A stretch of 64,000 nucleotides of DNA from Octopus vulgaris. Taxonomy: Eukaryota. The stretch is from the NCBI GenBank assembly GCA_951406725.2, contig OX597816.1, forward strand, positions 115,754,001 to 115,818,000, given 5' to 3'. Shown one piece after another: positions 53,916-64,000 of the stretch. The notes under the pieces are model-generated. The model saw only the letters and a program-made list of their open reading frames with translations. It did not search any database and was not told where the DNA came from. The stretch's first letter is position 1. Every line of letters begins with the position of its first letter. The translations under genes and the position numbers were made by a program.

Positions 53916-55993
53916 GGGGTGTGCATTTAAGTATACACACTTACGCATATATATATGTGTGTGTGTGTGTGTGTGCATCGCATGCCCAATACACTATGTA
54001 TTAAAGGGGTAAGGGAAAAGATTAAAAAGGAGAGAAAGACAGAGATAGACAGACTGTTCTGTACTGTGCAATTTTTGTTACAAAAATATAAAATGTACCT
54101 CTTACTACTTTTTGCTTAAAAGGTACATATCTAGGAAATGGCCATCATATTTATCGTAGATTTACATTGTAGGATCTTTTCTTTCTGAAGTCTTGTATTT
54201 CTTTTTATATATGGTTTTACTGAATGGGTTTGTGGCTCTTGAAATTGCTAGCATTGTCTCTTCACAGAAGCGCAATGGATTAGCAGATTTCTTAACAAAA
54301 TGCCATGCGATATTTTTTCTGGTTCTTAGCGCTCTGCATTCAAATCCTGCGGAGGTCAAATTTGCAATAATTTAGCGTCCATTTCAAGTACCGGTGTAGA
54401 TGTGATGTTATCGGCTATCACGCTGTCTTTAAATTTACTAATCTTGTGCCGTAATGTGAAACAACAGTTACAACACAGAATTTCTATTAATCATATAAAC
54501 GTATTTGTGACAGCTACTTTAATTATTTTCACTTTAAATTGATCTTGAAACATTTTAATTGTGTTTTGAATACTGTTTAGTTCTTTAATGTGTTTCCTTT
54601 AATCATAATTATTTGTTTCAATTTCGCTTCAACAATATCGCCTTTCTGCGTCTGGTTTTCTTGTTCCTCTTCTCTTTGTATTCATGTTTTATTATTAGAA
54701 TAGTTTATCACAAATGTCTGTTTGGGTAAGTAATTTTAAACGTTTATTTAATTAACTTAATGCTAATAACTTTATTAAGAAAAATGATATCAAATGTCCA
54801 TATATTTTGCCATATGTTAACAGAGAAACGTTTCAGTTTCCTTTAAAGGTATAAATACATTTGAAGAATGGTACGCTTTTTTAAGTGTCTTCGTGTAAAT
54901 TTCTTCGTGCAAAGCAGAAGCCGATACGTCACTGGCCTCTAGTTGTTGATTCTGTTAACGTTACGCAACTCTCTGATGAAAGAACATGTTCTCTCCATGA
55001 CCAACATTAGCTAATGATTATCTTTCTATGTGAGTTGGTAGGGTATATAACTTGAGAATGATATGCTGCTTTTTCTATCCAGGCGAGTGGTAATATAGTG
55101 GATTCCTCTTCTTTATTGTAACTATCCATTTGGTGATTTTAGTGGCCATTTTAAAATTGAGAATTTAATTAAAATAACATCTACAATATCATTCGTTTTA
55201 AAATGAAATATGTTTAGGATTTCTTTTGTATTTCCACTATAATTACACCCAGACCATGTGTCTTTCTTAACGGCAACCGATTTGACGGGAAAATAGTGTA
55301 ATTTTTAATATGTGTCTATTTTTAATGATTTCGTGCAGAAAAAGGAATTGCATTCATTGTTTCGCAGATTCTCAAAAACCGGTGAAATCGATGCAGGTGA
55401 TGTTTAATTTCAACAACATGCAATGCAATGCAAAAGAAAATCATGAAAATAGAAGAGTTTATGTAGAAAATTGAAAAATTGTTTAGTAAAGAAAATTCTA
55501 TTCCTACTTGAATCATAGGTTTTAAATATTATGAGGTGAGTTCATTTTCTTACTATATCATGTAATTCTTTATGGGCTTTGAAATAGGTTATAATGAAAC
55601 GAAGCGGATCAAGCGAGCTGCAATGATTTTCTGAGGATGTGTAAGCGCATTATCTAAAAATTAGCATTTCACTATTAAAATACTGAATTTTGCCTTTCCC
55701 TTGGATAACACTGGTGGCGTGGAGAGGGGAGACCCTTATGCATGGGCAACTGCTAGTCTTCCATAATCTCGCACGAACTTGTGCCTCGGAGGATAACTTT
55801 CTAGGTGCAATCGGATATATATATATATATATATATATATGCGTGGGCATGTGAGTATGTCTGGTATGTTTGTCACCCACCACCATTGCTTAACCACAGG
55901 CGCTGGTTTACGTTACCAAGCCGACACACGCTACGCATACATACACGCACGCGCACAAACATATATGTGCATGTGTGTATATATATATATATA

Positions 55994-56041
<48 letters not shown>

Positions 56042-56275
56042 TAGATAAACTTAGATATGGCGGTGCCCCAGCATGGCCACAGCTCATAAGAGCTGAAACT
56101 GGAAAAATCAAAATCAAATCAAAATCATGTTTCGACCAAAGATTGGTCCAGGCCATGTCTAACTTATATATATATGGATAGAAATGGTAAGACAACAAAA
56201 GATTGAAAGAGACCTCGATATTATGTAAATAAAGGAATTTATCTGTAAATATATGTGACAATTATTCGGTAGCGA

Positions 56276-56338
56276 TGATAAAACTCCGAATTTCGGATGT
56301 CGGCGTGGGAACCCACGCCAGCATCTCTTCAGTTATCA
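56276..56338 (-). ncRNA. Type-I hammerhead ribozyme (left arm), core intact
   Basis: UGAUAA-CUGAAGA-GAUGCUGGCGUGG(GUUC)CCACGCCGACAUCC-GAAAUU(CGG)AGUU/UUAUCA; 6-bp stem I, long stem II, triplet GUU. Confidence 0.75.
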
Positions 56339-56375
56339 GGCCAACAAATAAATGCTATCCATTTTTTTGATGGCC

Positions 56376-56438
56376 TGATAATTGAAGAGATGCCGTCGTG
56401 GGTTTCCGCCCCGACATACGAAACTTGGAGTTTTATCA
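56376..56438 (+). ncRNA. Type-I hammerhead ribozyme (right arm), C3->U
   Basis: UGAUAA-UUGAAGA-GAUGCCGUCGUGG..CCGACAUAC-GAAACU(UGG)AGUU/UUAUCA. Confidence 0.65.
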
Positions 56439-56470
56439 TGGCTACCGAATAATTGTCACATTATATTTAC

Positions 56471-56526
<56 letters not shown>

Positions 56527-56689
56527 GCATGTACAGCTGAATGCTTTTGTCTGCGCGTATATATCTGTTAGCATTTTCAAAGGAAGGCAGTGACAGTTAA
56601 CTTTCTTTTGTCCAATTAAAAATTATTACTATGTATGTCACCACGACCACCACAGCTATCATTAACTGCATTTCTCCTTACCCCCTCAC

Positions 56690-56724
<35 letters not shown>

Positions 56725-56937
56725 TCTTTTTGCCCCTCCTCTCGCTGTACATCTTCGAATTTCGACTGAATCTTTAATTAGCAAAGAGTTCTTTTTTTCT
56801 TAGATTATTAATATTTCTTTATTAAATCCATTCAATATTGTTATTAAATGCTCACATATACATACGCACACACATATACACAGATCTATATAAACAGTAT
56901 ATATATATACTTGCATAAATACACACACATGCCCGCG

Positions 56938-57011
<74 letters not shown>

Positions 57012-57220
57012 TGCATGTGTTTGATACGCGTGTTTAAATTGGGTTTTTTCCTGAATAACTGTTGTCCTTGTTTCGAGAGTCGAGAAGTCATATTTGTTTG
57101 GATTACTTTTGAGGTTATAGGCATGCATCACATTTTAGTATAAGAATATTTTATTAATAAATAATACAATATAACAACAACAACAACAAAAACAACAGCA
57201 ACAACAACAATAATGATAAT

Positions 57221-57433
57221 CTTTTCTACTGGAAGTACAATGCCTCAAATTTTGGGGAAGGGTTCAAAGCGATTACATCGACCCCAGTGCGAAATTGGTA
57301 CTAATTTTATCCACCCGAAAAGGATGAATGGCAAAGTCGACCCCGGCGGAATTTGAACTCAGAACGTAACTGCAGGGGAAATACAGCAAAGCATTTCACC
57401 TGATGTGCTAACGATTCTGCCACTCGCCGCCCT
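57221..57433 (-). mobile_element. Monomeric tail-B SINE (family of 2590/52617)
   Basis: Reverse complement of head, core and tail; flanked by (AAC/AAT)n. Confidence 0.85.
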
Positions 57434-57437
57434 AGTA

Positions 57438-57489
<52 letters not shown>

Positions 57490-57490
<1 letters not shown>

Positions 57491-57692
57491 CGTTGGTCTT
57501 AATCCCATTGACACTTTAAAACTTCTTAAGGCCACTGGAAATCCCATGCAAGATTGATGTCTTATAAAAAGCAGCCTTATTGGGCAGAGCGCACATCATA
57601 TGAAAAGTTTTATCTGTCTGAGGCCCTTGTTGTGACTTGATAGATGACTAAAGGCACCAGTACATTTTTTATCCACGCTGTGTTACGAAGGA
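57490..57692 (+). mobile_element. 3' end of an R4/Dong-like LINE
   Basis: PCKIDVL*KAALLGRAHII*KVLSV* resembles the LQKAALLGTARILRKVL terminus; sits between (AAT)n and (AGT)n. Confidence 0.65.
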
Positions 57693-57845
<153 letters not shown>

Positions 57846-57847
57846 AA

Positions 57848-58042
57848 TGTTTTATTATAGGCACAAGGCCTGAAATTTGGGGAAGCGGGCTATTTGACTA
57901 TATCGACCACAGTACTGCATTGGTACTTATTTCATGGACACGGAAATGACCGGCAAAGTAGACCTCGGTGGAATTTGATCCCAGACCGTAAGAACGGACG
58001 AAATGCTGCTAAGCATTTTGCCCGGCATGCTAACGATTCTAA
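57848..58042 (-). mobile_element. Monomeric tail-B SINE, diverged
   Basis: Colinear with 57221-57433. Confidence 0.75.
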
Positions 58043-58673
58043 CAATAATAATAATAATGCAGCTAGGAACAAAATTGTGGAAGTTATTTAAAAGGAAGCG
58101 AAAAATAAATGTAAAAGGTATGTATTTTATGGGTGTATAAATGTATGAGATTTATGGGTGTATGAATGTGTGAGAGATTGTCTCTTAAACTATGTGTATG
58201 TAGTTGTTTATGAAAATTTGTGTATAGTTGTATGAATAAATGCATATGCATGCATATATGATTGTCAGTTTGTGCGTGTGAATATGCATGTGTATGCATG
58301 CCCTGTAATATGGTATGTCTAAAACAATGGAAAAATGAAGATATCATCCAGAAGATAATTTATACGTAATTCTTATTCATAACCAGCCTGGTGGTGAATT
58401 GCTGCTTATATTTACACACACACATACACACACATAAGCATGCGCCCTCTACACACACACACACATATATATATATACACATATACATACATGCGTATAT
58501 AAATTCAAATTTTCATATAAGGACACATAATAGCATATATACACACATATCGAATATTCAGATGTGCTCGTGAACACACGTACGTACACATAAAAATTTG
58601 TATACACAAATCTATTTGCACATGTACACACGCACACACACACACACACATACGTATATACATATAGATAGAA

Positions 58674-58710
<37 letters not shown>

Positions 58711-58711
58711 T

Positions 58712-58789
<78 letters not shown>

Positions 58790-58802
58790 GTGGTTGTGTA
58801 GA

Positions 58803-59171
58803 GGCGCAGGAAAGGCTGTGTGGTACGCAGCTTGCTTCCCGACCACATGGTTCCGGGTTCAGTCCCACTGCGTGGGAACTTGGGCAAGTGACTTCTAGTA
58901 TAGCCTCGGGCTGACCAAAGCCTTCTGAATGGATTCCGTAGACGGAAACTGAACGAAGCCTGTCGTATATAATATATGTAAGTGTGTGAGTGTGTGGTGT
59001 GCGTGTGTGGTGTGTGTGATTTGCTTGACAACCAATGTTGGTGTGTTTACATCCCTGTAAGGAAGCGGTTCGACAAAAGTGGCTGATAGAATAAGTCCTG
59101 GAGTCGATTTTTTCGACTAAAGGCGATGCTCCAACGTGGCCGCAGTCAAATGAGTGAAACAAGTAAAAGAG
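58803..59171 (+). mobile_element. CORE-like SINE embedded in (GATA)n
   Basis: Colinear with 18986-19402; (GATA)n on both sides (58712-58788 and 59172-59340). Confidence 0.85.
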
Positions 59172-59177
59172 ATAGAT

Positions 59178-59260
<83 letters not shown>

Positions 59261-59261
59261 C

Positions 59262-59331
<70 letters not shown>

Positions 59332-59649
59332 CTATAGATATGCACGTCCACACATTCGATCTATATTTTCATACTTATGAAACACATGTGCAAGTATGTA
59401 ACAGTATAAACTAATTAATGTTGAATGTTATATGGTCTATATTGAACGTTGCATGTTTTTGTATAAAGACGTGTTTTATATGATTTTACATGAGTTTATG
59501 AATATATAGTCTGCCTCTCTGTCTGTCTCTTGTTTATAGGGTCCCATTTAGTCATTCTGTACATTCCCTTTTGTGATAAATATTTCCGTTTTCTTTTCAT
59601 ACTATTAATATTACTACATTTATAATACATATATAATACATTTTTTCTT

Positions 59650-59772
59650 TTTCTTCTTCTTCTTCTTCTTCTTCTTCTTCTTCTTCTTCTTCTTCTTCTT
59701 CTTCTTCTTCTTCTTCTTCTTCTTCTTCTTCTTCTTCTCATACACCTCCTCCTCCTCCTCCTCCTCCTCCTC

Positions 59773-59807
<35 letters not shown>

Positions 59808-59828
59808 GCTGCTGCTACTACTACTATG
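59650..59828. repeat. (TTC)n(CTC)n(CTA)n microsatellite
   Basis: Read directly. Confidence 0.95.
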
Positions 59829-59849
59829 ACTAATTGTTTTCTTGAGAGG

Positions 59850-60072
59850 ACGCATGGCTTACTTTGCTTCGGGCCACAAAACCACAACGAGTAAGGTTTT
59901 CATTGAAAGATGCACCGTTTTGCTAGTGTGCCTGCATGATTTCACGAAACTGGTCCCAATGTTGGGATCAACTTTGGTAAATCTTTCAACCGAAGTAAAG
60001 CAGGGCTGGCACCAGGTCCTGCATTCTTGATACTTTGTTTTCCCAGGAAGAAAGAGGATTTCGCATCGATTT

Positions 60073-60133
<61 letters not shown>

Positions 60134-60140
60134 GATCAAG

Positions 60141-60181
<41 letters not shown>

Positions 60182-60800
60182 TCTTAGAGTTTGCATGAAA
60201 TTGCATTGCCAAAAGCATTGCAGGCTCTCCAAGATCAGTATCCTTGATGCTATAGTTGTTCAGTTCAAAGTATTTCTTGTCAATGCCTTCTACAACCACG
60301 TAAGTATAGTTAGAGAAGGCCAATATCTTGATGTGAATGAATTTAGAATGTTGAACGCATGGATTATAACAGGATGTTGAGCGTATGGATTGTAACGAAA
60401 AGTGAATAGTCGAGTGATGAGGAGAAGCTAGAATGGAAGAGAACATCCTCCTCCGAGCAACACAATTCATTATAGTTACGCTTAAAAAGACAGAGAGAGG
60501 AGACGACAGATTTGTGGACATGATACTGGGCCGTGTTCGTTTGTGACTGAACATTAATTAGTTGAGCGGATCTTTTTCTGGATCTGGTCCAGGATGTCTG
60601 TGCGCTGTAGTAGGCCCATTCTACATACTGAAACAATACTCCATTATGCCTTGGAAAGTGTCAACAGCTTTTTGGAGACTGAAATATATTTTGGTCGTGA
60701 AAAGAAGGGCCGGTCTTTGAGATGCGGTCCTAGCAATGCTAGATATATGCTTTTGCCAATAAAGATCAATGATAATAGCAAGAAACAGCATGAAATTATT
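59850..60800 (+). mobile_element. Highly degenerate RTE-like LINE RT fragment interrupted by (TA)n
   Basis: LHD..EVKQG (GVKQG-like RT motif), later RMLNA..ENILLRA..FVD/GH-like remnants. Confidence 0.45.
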
Positions 60801-62251
60801 CATTATTTTATTTTCAAGAAAGTGACAGATGAGGTGCGATTGCATAGGAAGGTTTAAAAAATTGCGAAGAAAGCAATTGGATAAATGAAAAAAATAATGG
60901 TGTATATAATGTACACACACACACACACATAGACACGTTTAAACTTTGCTGTCCAAATTTCGATCTACATCGCTTAGGTTTTGCTAGCATTGAAGTCAAA
61001 ATCTTGAACTCTATCAATCAGCCACGGCTTATAAAGTATCGACAATATCTTCTCTAATGCGTCCCTTTTACCACTGCACTTCTGCCAATCTGGTCATCAA
61101 TTAGCTTTCGTTCCTTCCTGTCTGTGATCATGCACCTTACCTTTAGCGATGCTTCTTCTATTTTTTTTTTTTTTTTTTGCATTGAAGAAATAATCGAGGG
61201 TTATCCTCATTGTCACATCTTCCTCATCGTTTTTTTTTTTCGGAATTGCTCCATCCTGCGCCACTTCAAATCTATTTTCTCTGTCGTTGCTTCGTTGCTA
61301 AATCCTATTGATTCTACTCTAATCGCCCTCATCAGACTGATTTTTCTTCTCACGTGCCGCTCAAGTAATTCGCTAATGAAATAATAACAATAATAATCAT
61401 TGTTATTATAAACTTTAGACAACAATATAATTCATATGAAGTATACAAAGTGTTATATGTGCTACTGTTGTTTATTGTTGTTATATTGTGCTGAATATTT
61501 ATTGCTATTGATATTTTTTCTTTTACTTTGATAGTGTAGTGTTTTTATTTGTATTTTGTGGCAATAACAGTTGTAAGATGATAGTGTCGGTGTCAGATGT
61601 AGAATTGTCAACGAAGTGGAGGTTAGAAGGTTTTGATGGTGTCAGTAATATTGGTGACGGAGTTTTTATTCATATTTTGCCGTTATCCTTGATTTCGAAA
61701 TTGTTTTTATTGTAATATTTAATTTATTTGCCTTTATATTTTAGTATTTTAGAAAATAAAAAAAAGCAACGAAAATAGATATGCCATTGCATATATAATA
61801 TTGATGCCTCTTATTTTTGTTTAATTCTTTATTTTTAGCGCGTTTTTTTTTTGCTTTTGTTTTGTCTGTTTAGTTATTAATATATTAAATACTCGCATGT
61901 AATTAATATTACTGAAGCACATATATAGTTTTATATTGATATTGCAACATTCGTGAACATACCTAATTAATGATCATATACATTGTATGAAGCTTAAGAT
62001 GATATTTTCTTTTTTTCAAGTGAAGCAAGAAAAATATTGAAATGAAAGAAATGAGTTAATAAAATACCGGTTAAATGTAAACAAAAAAGAAAAGAAAAAC
62101 GCAGATAATCTTTCTCTTATTCCGTTACAAAAAAATATTAGTAAATTATTGACTAGCAGAAATTTTTCAGATAAACAATATCTTGCAATTCAGTTACATT
62201 CGTTTTTTTTTTCTTCTCTTCTTAATAAATATTTATTTATTTTACACTTGA

Positions 62252-62290
62252 TGGCGCCCGTATAAAATCCACGGATGACAAATGCTTAGT
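62252..62290 (+). mobile_element. Possible decayed Helitron 3' terminus
   Basis: CCGT..ACGG hairpin remnant followed by GCTTAG|T. Confidence 0.3.
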
Positions 62291-63721
62291 TTTATAGTAA
62301 TTAAATGCGGCAAAATGTATTTAAAGGGATTAATTAAACAACATACACATTGCTCTATAACATTTAATAAATATGAAATATACATAAAATTATAATATCG
62401 ACTACGTACAGTTTATATAGGGACAGTAACATTATAATCTACATGTCTCCTCAATATTCAAATAAAAAAACGGCCTATCAGTATTTTAACAAAATTCGCT
62501 GATAATAAAAGTATTAGAACAACTAACGGAGTTTGATGGGCATATCAGGGGTACAGACAAACGGAGAGAATGGGGTTCGTGGTTAATTACACAAGTAGAT
62601 TATTAAATAATAATTCACTTCTCGATGGAAGCTCTATGACTTTACATAGCAGCCAGATCTTCCTTAAATTACATTTTATCGTGTTAAAATTAAACATATA
62701 CGACAAAAGAAAAACTAATTATTCCTGGAATACTTTTGTTTATAAGGCTGCTCAGTTGGAGATGATCTTAGGCTAAGATGTAATAAAACATATTACTTTT
62801 TGACTTTGCTATATTTAGAAGCATTCTATGTAACATGGGAAAACAGTGTCCGGATCCTAAGATGAAGTTACAGATATGAAATTATGCATCTTGTCAGAAA
62901 TGAAGCTGTTCTGTCATACAGAAGTGCAACATTGTAACAGGTGCATTACCTAAACAGACAGGAGGATTGCAATTTAACACCTTATAAAGCGAGTCCGTGT
63001 CACCTAGTGGTTAGAACGTACGAAGTAAAATAAATGTTAAAAAAAAAAAGAAAACATCAATAATGAAAAATCGCTACCCGTGCAGAGGAGCGCAAAACTC
63101 AATGCTAAGAATGAAGGATTCTACATTGTTGCAAGCTGTTAAAAAAATTCTTCCAGAAATCACCAGAATAAGTTACCCAACTGTAAAACATGCTTGGAGG
63201 TACGCAAACATAATTATCTATATTAATCCGGGCTGTCCAGTCTTAGCCAAGAAAGATGATATCTACAAGCATAACAGAGTGATAGCATACATAGGCAGGA
63301 AAAATATATAAGCAAAAAGTAGGTAATATATATATATATATGTGTGTGTGCGTGTGCGTGTGTGTGCGTGTGTGTGTATGTCTAAAACGATCTCAAAAGC
63401 TGGCAGAGTGACGATGCTTTGCGATATAGCAGTCTTGGCAGAGAAGTATAAAAAGGCTAATTTTGGCAGTCCCAACCAAGAAAGAATTGCATCCTCATCA
63501 CAATGTCAGCTCCAGCTCCAGCAGTCATTAACGTATTAATCAATGCAAAACAAAACACTGCATATAACAAAGAACAGAACTGAGCTTGGTAGTGACAAGA
63601 AAACACACAACTTAAAATAGAAGTAAGACTACTGAACAATTATAGTAGCAATAACAACATCAGCAGCTGCAACAACAACAGCAATAGCATTTGTAGTAAT
63701 AATTATAATAATAATAATACC

Positions 63722-63929
63722 TTCTTTTATAGGTATAAGGACTGAGGTTTTGGAAAGGGTGCTAGTCGATAACATCATCTCCGGTGTACAAGAGGCACGT
63801 ATCTTAGGATCCCGTTAGGATGAAAAGTAAAGTTGATCTCAGTGAAATTTGAACTCACAACGTAAAGACGGACAAATTGCTGCTAAGCATTTTGCCCGGC
63901 GTGCTAACATTTCCGCCAGCTCACCACCA
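63722..63929 (-). mobile_element. Monomeric tail-B SINE, diverged
   Basis: Colinear with 57221-57433; (AAT)n on both sides. Confidence 0.75.
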
Positions 63930-63930
63930 A

Positions 63931-63988
<58 letters not shown>

Positions 63989-64000
63989 TTAATAATAATA
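63931..64000. repeat. (AAT)n microsatellite
   Basis: Read directly. Confidence 0.95.

Larger units (their letters stand above)
56240..56475. repeat. Fold-back element: two inverted arms of about 104 bp with a 27-nt spacer
   Basis: 56240-56343 is a close reverse complement of 56371-56475; the right arm runs into (TA)n. Confidence 0.92.

Noticed and set aside
56126-56157. GACCA/TGGTC hairpin followed by GAAAC on the minus strand
   Set aside because: Core reduced to CUG; a possible broken hammerhead, but not supportable.
61000-61425. Possible RTE C-terminal fragment on the minus strand
   Set aside because: Too degenerate to support without a search.

Overview
This is an AT-rich, microsatellite-saturated animal genomic window, probably from an octopod cephalopod (inferred from the repeat families and composition, not verified). 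It looks intronic or intergenic. Almost all listed ORFs are artefacts of (TA)n, (CA)n, (TACA)n and (AAT)n repeats. Transposon content: a full-length but dead Tc1 (DD34E, long IR/DR-type TIRs), three mariner relics, a maT (DD37D) relic, a Helitron deletion derivative, Tx1/L1-like LINE fragments (EN, RT and an ORF1-only derivative), RTE and R4/Dong-like LINE ends, and many tRNA-derived SINEs. One plausible orphan host exon lies at 25771-25917. The main hidden signal is eight type-I hammerhead ribozyme motifs, folded by eye, in six unrelated non-coding elements lodged next to microsatellites. Two of these elements are fold-backs built from two divergent hammerheads (49256-49448, 56240-56475), and one motif looks fully intact (5958-6036). 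The second signal is SINE multimers with an invariant junction whose 3' tail matches the 3' end of a Tx1-like LINE, suggesting self-targeted SINE insertion. All structures and family assignments were made by eye, without database searches.
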